Positions 1 to 13,439 of a DNA stretch of 64,000 nucleotides are shown here, one piece after another. Each line of letters begins with the position of its first letter. Positions within the stretch are counted from its first letter, which is position 1. The position numbers and the translations under genes were made by a program. The notes beneath the pieces are model-generated. The model was not told the DNA's origin and made no database searches. It saw only the letters and a program-made list of their open reading frames with translations. The stretch spans positions 72,850,001 to 72,914,000 of the forward strand of contig OX597819.1 of NCBI GenBank assembly GCA_951406725.2. The letters are read 5' to 3'. The stretch comes from Octopus vulgaris (taxonomy: Eukaryota).

Positions 1-286
1 GTAATTACTCTATTGTTTCCTTTGCCAAACCATTAAGCTACAGGGACATAAACAAACCAACACCCATTGTCCACCAATGGGATAAGGGGTAAACATCAAG
101 ATACACAAACACACCCTATACGTACAACAGGTTTCTACACAGTTTCTATCCATTAGAATCACTCATAAGTATTGTTTGGTCCAGGGCTATAGAAGACACT
201 TGCCTGTGGTGCTGTACAATGAGATTGAACCTGAATCCACATAATTAAGAAGCAAACTTCTTACCCTCACAGCTACATCTGCACCT
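1..286 (-). mobile_element. tRNA-derived CORE-type SINE (family A), cut by the window edge
   Basis: The reverse complement matches the family-A body seen many times in this window (tRNA-like head, agtgtcttctatagccctgg, gaaactg, tgtttgtttatgtccctgtagcttaa). Confidence 0.8.
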
Positions 287-1500
287 ATATCGGTAACTAC
301 CTCAAACAGAACAGAATTGCAAAGGCACAAAGAAGACGCGAACTACACAAGTCCAGAGCCAACCCCTTGTCTTAAATCCCAACACAACACCAGTACCCCA
401 TCTGCAGCAGAGCCTCCCAAGCATGCATTGGACTGATTGGCCACAGCCAGACACACAATGCCCAGTCATCTTCTGCTATGTGATGTCATTGATCATCACT
501 AACAACAAACTAATAATAACTACTTTAAATCAATCACCAAACAAGGAGACATTTGTTTTTCTATATCACCTTGTGTCATTCATTCTCACCCAATTTCTGA
601 ATTGCAGTAAACTCTTATATGCAACAATCAATACCTCTCTCGACCAAATCAGTCTCACCACATGCATGCACGTGCACTCGCGCACACAGACACACACACC
701 ATTTTACAAACTCCCACAAAATATACTTTCACTATCAATTTACGACATTGATAATTGGCTGATAACAAGCATTTGGAACATTAAAAAGCTGTAAATAACA
801 GCTAATAATTAGTTTTAATATTCAAATAACCATGAACTTAAGTTATATACTTAACTCAGTCCAATAAAATTACATTAAAAAATTGTCTCCTACAACAAGA
901 ATTAGCCGAGAGCCATGTTTTGCAAAAATTACAAAGTAACCATTATGCACACCATTATTACACCAGTGACATGGTTAAGTTGCTTCATTTTCTTTTTTTC
1001 TTTAATTAATTATTTGTTCAACTCGTATAATTAAAATTAATTAACCGAGTCTCAACGACCAAAATATTTTGCCACATTGTCTATTATTACTTGACTCAAA
1101 AACAGATTCTCTAAGTGGATTTATTATATTTTTACGTACATCAAATGAGAAGAACAGATAACACAAAAGATTAGTGATATGTTTAAATGTTTCTATTGTT
1201 CAGTTAGTTTTTCTAGCAAAAATAAAACAATGTCAGTGCATACTAACACACACACACGTGAAGAATGCATGTTATTTGATTTGTCACCCATATGTTGTTG
1301 TGGAACAAATGTAATTCCAACAACTTTATTCACCACTTATTATTTATACTCCACAACTTGAAGGTTTTCAGTTAGTATGAAAGTGTTTTTGCTTCATACA
1401 CATTCAGATAGCCAATGCTTGCAAGAATGCTGTCTCAGGTAACTACCTAAATTTCTGAATCCTTTCTCACCTATTTTCTCTCTCTCTCTGCATGCATAGG

Positions 1501-2390
1501 TACAGGATATCTCAGTAATTTGGGAACAAAACATTTTAAGAACCATAAGTGGCCCAAACGTTAAATATCCTCTCTTTTTTATTTTTATTAAAAACAATTT
1601 TTTTTTCAGCCCCAACATGGAAGGGTCAAATCTTAATGCAGATGACAAAATATAACATTTTCATCACCTTAGTTGGTATTCTGAGATTGCAACCTTCTTA
1701 AATGTCACCAGGTCCTTTGTGTTTAAGATTAGAAAAGAGCTTCTGACCTTTGGCAGGAATATGTCTTTTGTGACCAAAAGGAAAAAGCATTCACAACAGT
1801 CAGACATCATCAGAAGATTCAAGGGCATCATCAATGAGAATCCTAGCAAGCCAATCAGGACCACTACCAATCATTTCTATGTAACAGAGTCAACAATTAG
1901 ACATGTGGTGCACAGAGATCAGGCACAAATCTCTTATTAAGAAAAGGGGGAAGTTCATATCCAATAAGACTTGGGATAACTATGTGACCTAGTCAAAGCA
2001 GTTACTGAACAAACTCATACACCCTGAGGAGCTTGACATGTTCTGGTTCCTCTCAGATGACAAGTGAACAGGAGGAATGACAGATGGCTCTGTGCCAGCC
2101 CCACTAAAGTCCCCAGTTATTATGCACAAGTTTTCATTGTCTGTGATGGTTTTCGAGCAGTAAGAGCTATCTCATGCCTCCTCACTTTTTCCACAAGGTC
2201 TTAGGATCAATGTGGCAGCCTACATTAAGATAATGGAGACAACTCTTAAGCCGTGTATCGAGACAGTTCCTTGGTAGAGGCCATACATGTCCCAGCAAGA
2301 AGCTGCTCCTTCTCACACAGCCTGCCTAATCCAAAAGTGGATGGCCAAAAATTTCTATGATCATGTTACCCCCAAAATTTGTCTCCTAGC
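1501..2390 (+). mobile_element. Degenerate Tc1/mariner-superfamily transposon, DD37D (maT/Bmmar1-like) transposase pseudogene
   Basis: Starts TA-CAGG. Frameshifted translation gives KIRKEL..KRKKHSQQSDIIR..INENPSKPIR..ESTIRHVVH, then FWFLSDD, VNRRNDRWLC, MPPHFF-QGLRINVAAYI, RPYMSQQEAAPSH, WMAKNFYDHVTP. The 3' part is replaced by a SINE tail. Confidence 0.85.
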
Positions 2391-2611
2391 ACATGATAGC
2401 TGTAAATGAGTGCCACAGTTACACAAGCACACAAGCCGTCATTCATTTCCAGTCTTCCATTAAAAGCATGTCTCAGCAAGGAGAAATATTAGCTTGCATG
2501 GAAACAAGTGCAGGTTGGCAACAAGAACGCATCCAGCAATAGAAAATCTGCTTCAATGAATTCCATTTGACCAATATAAACACAGAGAAGTGAAAATTAA
2601 AATGGTGATGA

Positions 2612-2614
<3 letters not shown>
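2390..2614 (+). mobile_element. SINE family B 3' part (RTE-type tail ending in (GAT)n)
   Basis: ggaaacaagtgcaggttggcaacaagaacgcatccagc..aaaatctgc..ttaaaatggtgatgatgat, as in other copies. Confidence 0.75.

Positions 2615-2655
<41 letters not shown>
2614..2655. repeat. (TA)n microsatellite
   Basis: Direct reading. Confidence 0.95.
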
Positions 2656-2659
<4 letters not shown>

Positions 2660-3595
2660 CATGTATTTCAAAGTTTCACCAAGTAGACTTAAACTATTTA
2701 CATAATTTGACATGTAACTAGAATCTGTTCATTGCTACTAGCCAAATGCTTACTAATTGGGGTGCTGCCAGATGTGTTAAGAGAAGCTGCAAGATTTGCA
2801 AGACTGAGGGAATATTAATAAAATGAAAATAAACTTCTAAAAGAAAATTAACAAAAGCTACCACAGTTAAGTTGACTTTATGGGGAGAGGACTATCATCA
2901 TTGGTTAAGGATTAGAAAAGGTAAGGGGTAACTGACAAATTAAGAAGAAAAACACTGAACAAATTCCTAAGACTACAACCTGTTAACTGAATATGCGACA
3001 TATTGTATAGAAAAACTCTCGGGTTGTCCTTAGCGATCTTTGATTAGCAAAACAATAAAAATTCAATTGAAGAAAATAGAGTAAAAATATTATTTTTGCT
3101 GTAACTTAGAGAAAAATAAAAATTGTGATTACTTCCCTTGATACAGAGTGAAAGTTTCCTTGGTACAATGTTTTAAGCAGGTAATATTTTCAACGTCCAA
3201 AGTGAATGGACTATAGTGACTAACAGTACTTCATATTCTGTGGCATCATAATTCACATGAATTAATTCTAAGAGCACAGGGAGTGACAAAAAACAAAAGC
3301 AAAAAAATATTCACTTGTCTATTAAGAAGACCAGTCAACACAGGATGGCACCACATTTACCCCTAACATCACAATTGTCCCCATTCAATGATCAATGGGT
3401 GCAATTGGGATTAGAAATATTTATTTCTTCCCTGTATGCCAGTCTTACATGAGACAAACCAAATCTTAAGTCATTACAACATGTGGCATTTAAAAAAACA
3501 AACAGAAACCAAACTGTTTGTAGAGCCATAAATGATTGTAATTTCATTTTTTTATTCACTTTGACACACAGAGACCATTTCCAATCTGATCTTAC

Positions 3596-3905
3596 CATCA
3601 TCATTTAACGTCCATTTTCAATGCTGGCATGGGTTAGACAGTTCAACAAGAGCCAATTAGCCAGGTGGAACCCAGCTCCAATGTCACATTGACTGATTTG
3701 GCATGGTTTCTATGGCTAAATGCTTTTCCTAATGCCACCCACTGTACATAGCGTATTGGATGCTTTTTACATGGCACCAGCTCTAACGAGTTCACCAAGT
3801 AACTTGCAAAACAAGATCCCTCAACTGACTGGGGATGTAGTATTGAGGGAGGTGGCCTTAAGCCAAATATTGACAGATTAAAATATGATGGAGGGAGAGG
3901 AAGAG
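3596..3905 (-). mobile_element. RTE-type 3' tail repeat (family E)
   Basis: catcatcatttaacgtccattttc..gctggcatgggtt..cctaatgcca; the same motif recurs more than 10 times. Confidence 0.75.
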
Positions 3906-4207
3906 TAGTTTTGTGAAATGGATATACGTGCCTCTAGATTATGGTTCCATCCAGGTGGAAAACTGGAGAATACTTCTAAAAATACTGTATTTAGCTGATG
4001 TTCAACAGAGTTTTAAAAAGCTGGCATTCACCAATCTACATAGTTTTCTTAGAATGGAAACCAGTTTTATCATACACAGTTTTCTAAAGATTGCAGAAGC
4101 CACATATTTTTAAAGACAACCTTTTAACCACCACAATTTTATTTTAACATTGAACGAAACAGAAATTGTTTCAGAGAGAAAATACATATATATATATATA
4201 TATAGAT

Positions 4208-4208
<1 letters not shown>

Positions 4209-4257
<49 letters not shown>
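4209..4257. repeat. (TAG)n microsatellite
   Basis: Direct reading. Confidence 0.95.
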
Positions 4258-4584
4258 ACAGAATTACAGAAAAGAGGAATTTCGATTATCCCCACGTGGT
4301 GGGTTGTAATGTATATAAGAAATTAAAAAAGGAAAATATGCACACTTACACAGTTTTAATATAATTTTTAATATATTAATGTATATACATATATATATAT
4401 TTAAAATTTTTTAAAAATTATTTTGAAAACAGTGAATGCTATAGCATATCAAACTAAAAGTGCGGGAATTTTGTCTGCTACACTGATGTCAATGGAACAG
4501 GCCAATACACCTAAAGCTTCTTCACTACCTGATGAGACATTGACTCTGCATCTGGAGACAGAGTGCAACACTCTCCTCCTCCTC

Positions 4585-4880
4585 CTGTGATTAAGAAATT
4601 TATTTCCCAAACACATGGTTCCAGGTTCAGTCTCACTGTGGCACCATGGGCAAGTATCTGCTACTATGTCCCCAGAGTGCATCTTGCAGATGGAAACTGA
4701 AAGAAGTGTGTCGCGCACATGTGTGTGTGTGTGTATATTCCCTCCCACCACTTAACAACAGTATGTTTAAATCCCCCGTAACTTAGCAGTTTGGCAAAAT
4801 AGACCAATACAATAAGTACCAGCTTAGTGCCCCAGTATGGCTGCAGTCTAATGACTGAAACAAGTAAAGACAAAAGAAAA
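4585..4880 (+). mobile_element. SINE family A
   Basis: B-box-like ggttcagtc, CORE-like ggcaccatgggcaagtatct, tail gactgaaacaagtaaaga. Confidence 0.8.
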
Positions 4881-6904
4881 AAAATGGTGAAAGTCTGTTC
4901 TTTTGAAGTATATCTTGATATATCTATATATCTTGATATATCAGATAGAAAAGTTTTCCACTGTCTTCATTATGATGTGAGAAATATTGGAAAGAGGGAG
5001 ATGAGTAGGTAGTTAAGTGAATGCTTTTGCCATATCTGTTACTGATTGAAATAAATCAATATTATTGCAAATCTAAACCAGATCATTGATTGATTATCTA
5101 CAAATATTTGGGGGGGAAAAATTAAAATAGTAAAAAGAAATTTGTTTTTGAAATTATTTTTTTTACTTGCGTTTACTACATAAAAAATGTGTCAACCCTA
5201 CAACCAGTCCATGAAAACAAACCGTTTCTTTAATTTGATTAAAGCTGTTGGAATTTGGTTCAAATCTTTCAACCAAATACAAAGCTGCAGTTTAGAGATA
5301 CAGAAGAAGGGAAGTAACTCAGCTATTGCAAGTGAATCAGAAACAAAACATTTTCTAAGGAAAAAAAAAAAAGAGAAAAATTAATTTACAAGGGAAAATA
5401 ATTAGCAATTGATTTCTTGCTTCAGCATAAAGCCACATACGTTGTATAATGAATGGTATCTACCACATATATTACTGGTACTTATTTCATCAGTTTCTGA
5501 GTTTTGAATGGAGAACTAAATACAAAATATTTAAGGCTAATAAGCTATTTAGATCCACTAACTCAAAAATTGACTGATTTAAAAAAAAAAAAGGTTGATT
5601 CTGAATAACATTGTTTTACTCTTTTAGTGGTTTCAATCATTGGGCTACAGCCCTGCTGGAGCATCACTATCAAGGGTTTGAGTCAAATCAAATATTTGTA
5701 AAATGGTACTTATTTTATCAAATTTCAGGAGATGAAAGACCATGCCAACCTAAGTGGGATCTGAAATCAGAACAGATGTTTGATTGTTTTCCATGTCAAT
5801 ATGGGTCAGATGAATGTATTATGGCTGTCCCCTAAGATATCTCTTATTTCACACATCAAAGGAGCGAAAGCCAACAGACAATTTGTTGACGAGGGAACAA
5901 CAACAACGTTGCCATTTGTATAGTTCAAAAACTTTTGGAGCAGCACAGATGTAAACATGTATGTACAGCAAGCTTCTTCCAGATTCTGTCTTTCAAGTCA
6001 ATTCATAAGGTTTTGGTCAGCCCAGGACTATAAAAGATAACACTTGCCCAAGGTTACTGCACAGTAAGGTTGAAGTCAAATAGAGAGAAGTGAGTTTCAT
6101 AAACACACAGCTACGCCTGCACCTCAAGACTAAAATCAAATACCGCAGAGGATTTTGTGCAGTGCTCTACCAATTCTCCTAAACCACTGGCAAATGTTAC
6201 TGAATCACCCATGCTGGCATGGAAAACAGACATTAGATGATGATGATGGGAACCCCCCCCTCCTATTTTAATATAAATTTATTGTTAGTTTTATGAGAAG
6301 AAATCCACATCATATCAACACTTTTCTTCCAGTACAAGATCTGAAATTTTAAAAGTTTTAATTCAGTGGTCAAACATTATTTCTGCTCAACAATGATGAA
6401 ATCCCCATCAGATCCTTTCCAACCCCATTTTACCTTTGTCTTCTAGGTTTGCATGCACACCAAAGACGGTTCTTGTTAAAGCAGTTTCTTCTCCAGCTAA
6501 ATGTCCTTCCAAACAACTGCTAAAGCACTTGACTGTGAAGCTGTTATAGAATCTGTTCTAGTTTTTAGTCAGGCAAATGGGAGCAAGAAGAGTATCCATA
6601 CTTTGCTCAAGGCTACAACATCATGTCTATTGTTGTAGTAGTAGTAGTAGTAAAAAGACCCAAGTCTGTAATCAGCAGTCCATAACTTTCACATTCCTTG
6701 TGTCCCAGTATTTAATTTCTTTTACTTTGTTTACACTCAAGAAAATGCATGAATGTCACAACATCTCATTTAACAACCACCCTGAAAAGGCTTCAGTTTT
6801 TTTTATGTTGACTCCAAACTCTCGGTTGAACAGAAGAAGCAAATTGTGAAAATTGATAAAATGGTCTAATTTCCCATACTGGAACCATTTAAACCATTGT
6901 TAAC

Positions 6905-7510
6905 ATGGTGCAAGTGTGGTTGAGTGATTAGGAAGTCAGCTTCCCAACCATGTGGTTTCAGGTTCAGTTCCACTTCATGACACCTTGAGCATGTGTGTGT
7001 GTATGTGTTTGTGCATGCGCCAGTATCTTGATAATGTCATCATGTAATGGCTGTAAATAAATATCACCGTCATACAAACTATGATGTTTGTCTCTGGTTT
7101 TCCATGGAACATGTCTGGCCTGGGGCAAATATTCTTTTCTATTCTAGGCACAAGGCCTGAAATTTTGGGAAAGGGGGCCAATTGATTAGATCAACCCCAA
7201 TACACAACTGGTGCATAATTTATCGCCCCCCCCCCCCTCCCCAGAAGGATGAAAGTCGACCTCAGCGGAATTTGAACACAGAACGTAAAGACAGATGAAA
7301 TACCGCTAAGCATTTTGCCTGGCATGCTAACATTTCTGCCAGCTCGGCACCTTTGCCTGGAGTAAAATATTACTTTACTTGGGAACAAGTGAAGGTTGGT
7401 GGCAGAAAGGACATCAAGCCGTAGAAAATCTGCCTCAGTAAATTCCATCAGACTCATGTAAGCATAGAAAAATAGCCATTAAAATGATAGCGATCATGAT
7501 GATGATAATG
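6905..7510 (+). mobile_element. SINE family B interrupted by a family C SINE
   Basis: Head at 6907; body is broken at 7133 and resumes at about 7355; (GAT)n tail at about 7500. Confidence 0.8.
7134..7353 (-). mobile_element. tRNA-derived SINE family C, nested
   Basis: The reverse complement reads gagctggcagaa..atgcttagcggtatttc..gttcaaattccgctgaggtcgactttcatcctt..accagttg..ggccttgtgcc. Degenerate flanking duplication gcctggggcaaatatt / gcctggagtaaaatatt. Confidence 0.85.
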
Positions 7511-7856
7511 ATGTATGAATATCAAGCTTCTCCAACAACTCAGTCTATGTAAAGAGCATAAACATTAAAGTCACTTCCTTTTTCTCTTCTTCTAAACACA
7601 CAGACATGTGCTTATCAAAAGAGACAATTGTTATTTTGTTTTTATTTTTAGTAAGGTTGTGTGTGTGTGTGTGCGCGCGTGCATGCGTGTGTCAAGAGAG
7701 TTCTGCATTGTTTGTCACTTGTAAAATCTTAAACATCTCCAGAGACAATATTTACACTCTTATCTTCTGGCAGAGACTTCAAATCATCTGAAGCAGGATT
7801 TTGACTAGGGTGACTAGGAAGGGGACCTCTCAGTAACTTCAGTGAAGATACCAATA

Positions 7857-7859
<3 letters not shown>

Positions 7860-7896
<37 letters not shown>
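7860..7896. repeat. (TA)n microsatellite
   Basis: Direct reading. Confidence 0.95.
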
Positions 7897-7904
<8 letters not shown>

Positions 7905-10100
7905 TGAGAAAGAGGAGGAGTAAAGGAAGTGCGCTATCAAATGACAGAAGAGATGATAATAAAAGTCAGATCTAAGTAAACCCCCACCACCACAACCACC
8001 ATAGCTCATGTGCCCACCCATTGTGACAGTGTAGTGTCTACTTCCTGTGAGCTGATTAAGAGAGAACTTAGAAAACCAGGTGAGAAGTAAGAGGAAACAC
8101 GGTGGAGAGGGTCATATTAGTGGTAAATAAAAGTTGACATTGAACTTCTAACAAGGCTAAAAACAGCTTAAAAAAATGAAAACAAAACTCCCAAGTTCAC
8201 TGTATAAAGTCTCAATCATCAAGGAGAAAACTAGAACATTTATTCTGATTTGTTGATAATATTATTAGCATAGGAGAAGGTGGATAATGCAAAAATACAT
8301 GAAGCAAATGATAATCTCCAGTACCTTCAACCAAGCTGATTTAATCTGTTTTTATTTTCTTTCTCTCCTCTTTGCTTGCTTTTCTTTTATAATAATTCTT
8401 TTTCCACACATATAAGAGGAGATTTGGTAGTCAGATATTTTACACCTGACTGCTCACTTTGATGCTAGATTTTATATATATATATATATTTTAACTGGTT
8501 GCAGGATGGCAGCATGATTAAAAACTTTGTTTTACAACCATCTGGTTTCTGAGGAAAACATTGAGCAAAGGTGTCTTCTACCAAGAATCTCAGGTTGACA
8601 AATGCCAATGAATTCTGAGAGAAAGTTGGTAAATGGAATCCCATCTATTTGCAGAAACCTGTTCCCCACCACACTCTAGCAACCTACCCAACCAAATCTT
8701 TCTTTATATCTCTCTCTCCCCCTTCCCTGTCCCCCTGTCTACTGAATCAACTTTACTCTGTTGCTTTTCACCCCTTACCTTCCTTATCCTCCATTCAATA
8801 CTGGTTCTCCATTCATTATATTCACCCCCTTTTACAGGGATATCATATTTCCACACATCTTCAAAGAATAAAGCCAGCAGAGATATTTGTTGACAGAGGG
8901 AATGAGGGAAATATTACCACCCATAGTCAAGTGACTTTCAGAGAACTGCAAATGTAAACACACATCTATCATCATCATTTAACATCTGCTTTCCATGCTG
9001 GTATGGGTTTGACAGTCTGAGACAAGGGCCAACAAGTCCAGTGTCACGTGCCAAATGTCTGCTTTGGCATAGTTTCTGTAGATGGATGCCTTTCCTAATG
9101 CCAACCACTTCACAGATAGGGTGCTTTATCAGATGGTTACAAAGACAAAAGCTGCTCCAATTTGCATTGTCTAAATCGGCCCAAAGTATTTCAATCAAAA
9201 ACTCTTACAGGAGTTATCTCCCTTGTGTTTTTTTCTGTTTTTATCTAAAAATGTTTTTAATCCCATCCCTACTTCACCCAGATATTTTGACAACTGATCA
9301 AGTGGATAATTCTCAGTTGAACAAACCTTCGCAATTCCCTACATATCACACAAAGCGGTTTTCTCAACTCTCTACATTACACATCTGTGTTTAGTATTTC
9401 CTTCAGTAACATCTGCTTTCCATGCTAACATGGCTTGGACAGGTGGTCTCTGGCCCATCTCGCCATTTCTTGCAGTCCCTTATCATCTCTTTCATCAGCT
9501 TTCACCACATCTTGTCTCCTTCCACTTGAATCACATTGTAATTCTTTATCCCCTGATCTACTATGTGCATTAGATGTGCACATTACAACCAATTTCTCTA
9601 ACATCCACCTCCCTAAGATTGTTTCTCCTCTTATTCAGATTATTTGAATCTAAGTTTTGCTTCAACAACCAAGTTTCTTTTCTAATTCTTCAACAGATTT
9701 AATTGTGAGAATTTGGTCATTGACAAAAACAAATTCCCATAACAGTCAGCTTTAGATTCCTTTGATGTGGCTCAGAGGGGTTGAGGACTGAGCCCAAAGG
9801 AACAACAACCTACATGATAAATTCTCATTGAACTCCCTCGACTTACTGATTGTATTTTTGCTTATGGCTTACACAGCTCCCACATGACATATAATCTACA
9901 TCCAGTTTTCTTAGCAACCAACAGACTAAAAAACAATTAAGAAAAAGCCTTCTCCAGGGTAATGAATGGTAGGTATAATGGCTTATTCTTAGCTAAGAAC
10001 TTCTGTAGTTATCTCACTATGAACAGGGTATTGGTGGCAATCTGATCAGGCATAAACACAAATTGCATCTAATCTAATTTGTTACTTTAATAATCTAGTC

Positions 10101-10396
10101 CAGAGGTTCTCAAACTTTTTGGGCCACCACCCCGCCCTCTCCTGACCACATAATACCCTCAGCACCCACACCCTATTCTCCTGTATAAATAAATATTTTA
10201 TATTTTACTAATTTATATATACCATGAATCATTTGATATTTAATATATTATATAATTTATATACAATATTGTAATAAATTCATATCATCCCTAATCCACT
10301 GCCTTCCTCCCAATGCCCCCTTTTTCTCTACTGCCCCCACCCCCTTAAGCACCAGCACCCACCAGGGGGTGGTAGCACCCACTTTAAGAACCTATG
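10101..10396. mobile_element. hAT (Charlie-like) MITE with a perfect 8-bp TSD
   Basis: TIR cagaggttctcaaa / tttaagaacctatg. TSD atctagtc at 10093-10100 and 10397-10404, resembling the NTCTAGAN target preference. Confidence 0.9.
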
Positions 10397-10414
10397 ATCT
10401 AGTCCATCAATTTG

Positions 10415-10920
10415 ACACTTCTGTAGTTGCCTCTTCTAAGAAGATCATCTTTACCCTAGTAGCAGTTAACAATGATGATGACTGTAATACTGCAAAACTA
10501 GCCCTGTATTGTCTGATTCACTATGTGAATGACTACTGTATGTCTTACTTTACCAGATATCTTCAGCAATTATCCATGAAGACCCAGCTGCTCTCTCTGC
10601 TGATAGCATTAATAGTGTTTTTAATCATATAGCTGTCCCCTCAGTTGGTTAAATTCTCTGCCACACCTTCTCCTTATAACAACATTCTATACTTTTTCTT
10701 CTCAGCATTCATGAGGGCAAATGCACTACTATCATTCTGTAGTTACCTAATACTAAGGGCATCTTGATCTAGACTGATATACTTCTTTGAAATCCAAAAT
10801 ACTTCATGCTTCTGACTCGCATATTGTAAACCTTGACAAAACCCTTACTTTCCTCTTTCTTTCCCTCTCTTACTAAGAATACCTGACATCAGACCTTTTT
10901 TCTTACTTACCAAATATTGT
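10415..10920 (-). pseudogene. RTE-clade LINE ORF remnant (region preceding the RT domain)
   Basis: Minus-strand fragments EVFWISKKY..NDSSAFALMNAEKKK, AAGSSWIIAE, LKISGKV..IVNQ, IIVNCY*GKDD..GNYR. Confidence 0.7.
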
Positions 10921-11349
10921 TCCTTGTTTCATTCCTTCTCCAACTTTTTCTTACTGTCTTTTAGTCATTATTGCTCCATCTACTTGGCTATTCCACCACT
11001 ATGTCATTTTCCATTGGGCTGGAACCGTGTTCCATTCACAGATCTAATCTACGACTCACAGTAAACTATCTTTTAGAGCACCCAAGATGACTTTTGTCAT
11101 AAATCTATTTCCTCTTTATCATAGGCATCAACTAATATTTCCATTAACCTGTGCCCTGTTGAGAGAACCTATCAGCTTTTATATTTTCCTCTCTAGTCAC
11201 CTCCATCTCCAACTATTTGTCACTCTTCCTCCTCCCCCATTTGTATATTCTCTCATTCTCAACTTTTTGTACCTCACAGGTTTGTTCTGGAACTTAGCTG
11301 CTTCCATCCACCCTTATAAAATGCAGGGTAGCCAAGTATTTCCTCTATA

Positions 11350-11665
11350 GCAAGACACCTGTGTTTGTCCCTCTATCAAACTTTAACCTCTCAACACCAG
11401 GCACAAAGCCAGCCAACTCAATACTCCTTCTACTCCACTTAGTCAAGAAGTCTTGCTTTGAAAATTTACTGAGCAACATCACTAGTGCTGGTGGCACAAA
11501 AAAAAAAAAACCCATGTAGCCTATGATGGCATTAGGAAGGGCATCCAGCCATAGAAACCATGCCAAACCTGACATAAGAGCTCTGTGCAGCCCTGCAGCT
11601 CACTAGATCCTGTCAAACAACCAGCCTATGCCAGAATAGAAAATGGGCTTTTAAATGAGGATTAG
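11350..11665 (+). mobile_element. RTE-type tail repeat (family E)
   Basis: ggcattaggaagggcatccagccatagaaacc..ctgtcaaac..atgccag. Confidence 0.7.
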
Positions 11666-12359
11666 CTTTGTCTCTCTAAATCTGTCTGCCTTTTAACCCA
11701 AGGTCAATGAATCACTACTCTAAGTTGGGAAAAGACTTAGAATTTACAACCAATTACCTATCCAATTTCTTGGTGACATAGTCAGCTAGACTTACATATT
11801 AGTTTCTTGATATGTAGATAATCTTAGAAAAAAGTATTTTGCAAGGATATCTAAATTGATTATTGAAATTATATAATTCTCAATGTGTGCCTGTAGTGAA
11901 GGAGGAAGTAGATTAGAGTTTTTTTTTTAATATTTTAAAATTAAGTGTTGATACAGAGGGTAATGTGAAGGGGAACTGAAAGTGAGTACCAGATGGAAGT
12001 TGAAATCATTTTTGATCCCCAACTGTTATCAACATCTGCTCTTTCATATGTCCCATGTACTTCTATTCATACCATGTACGCATGAAAATATGTAATATTA
12101 ATTTGTTTCTAAAAGACAATAAAAAAAAAAAAAGATATACAATACATCGTTATACACAACAAACATAATTACAGGTTCAACAGGTTAGACATTCTAAATG
12201 CATCGTCATTTATGTGTGGTGATATCACCAAGGGATATCATAACCACACATACTCATGGAATCATACTATTATATACTTTTTTGAGAAAGTTAGAGTGTG
12301 ACTTTTTATACACAGGATGAAACTAAAACTATAGAGGGAAAAATTTTCTATCAAAATCA

Positions 12360-12848
12360 AGGGTGTGGACGGTCTTAGAACAATGCAGAAGTCAACCCTA
12401 CCAGGTAAATTGAAGGACAGTTCTTCAGACCAGTTGTTGAATTTATGCTTGTATATGAATCTCCAACTTGGACTCTCACCTAGAGATTCAGGTGCATGCT
12501 GGACAGTGCCTACACCAGAATATTACGTGCAGAGCTCAACATCTCTTGTAGGGAGCGCCCAACAAAACAACGGTTATATGGAAATTAATCAACATTCTCA
12601 TCAACCATCCAAGAGCGGAGATTGAAGTTTACTGGCCATTGCTAGAGAAGTAAATAACTTGTGAGTAACGTGTTGCTGTGGACACCAAATCATGGTACCA
12701 CAGCAGCTGGAAGACCATAGAGGATGTATATACAACAGTTTGTAGATGTTGGATGCCAAGTTGAAGACCTAAAAATACTATTGGAAGAGCAGGAGGGGTG
12801 GAGGGGGTAGTCAGGCTGATCCAGGCAATCAGTCTAACTGGATGATGC
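12360..12848 (+). pseudogene. RTE-clade LINE 3' end remnant
   Basis: LDSAYTRILRAELNISCRERPTKQRLYGN..IQERRLK..GHC..LLWTPNHGTTAAGRP..YIQQ..VEDLKILLEEQEGWR, ending in gatgatg. Confidence 0.85.
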
Positions 12849-12907
12849 CACGTTTAAAAAAAAAAATATCTTATAGGTAAGATTTTTTTTTTTTTTACAG
12901 GTGAAAT

Positions 12908-13090
12908 AAGGTGGCAAGCTGGCAGAATGTTTAGCAACGTTTCGTCTGTTTTCAATTCTGCTGCGGTTGATTTTGCTCTTCATCCTTTCAGGATCAACAA
13001 AATGAGTACCAGTTGAACACTGGGGTCAATATAATCAACATACCCCCTCCCCTGAAATTGCTGGCCATGAGCTGAAATTTGAAATCAATA
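12908..13090 (+). mobile_element. SINE family C
   Basis: aaggtggcaagctggcagaa..ttcatcctttcaggatcaacaaaatgagtaccagttg. Confidence 0.8.
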
Positions 13091-13439
13091 TTTTACGGGT
13101 AAAATTAACAAAGTACAACACATACAGGACACACCAACGGCATGTTCCAATACCATGGCCTTTCTTTATGCAGGCAACTTATTCTATACTAGGCAACTTT
13201 CTTGTAAAATTGTCTATTTTTGAGTTTTGGAAATCCCAGTAATCTTAAATCATTCAAGTCTTGAGTGAGACTATTTCTGCTCCAGTTATCAGTCTGCACA
13301 GGTCAAGTCTTCTCTACCGTAACCAACCCCATTAAAGAGAAACTTTTATCTTATCTCAACATTCTTCTCAATTCCTCAACATCCTATCTTTATCTCATTT
13401 ATCCCATATTTCATCTCACCCTCATTTTAATTGCATCGT

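Noticed and set aside
423-794. 123-aa ORF and the many other 60-130 aa ORFs
   Set aside because: No domain motifs; most overlap SINEs or microsatellites.
4529-4575. CTGATGA as a hammerhead core
   Set aside because: No GAAA or stem III follows the putative stem.
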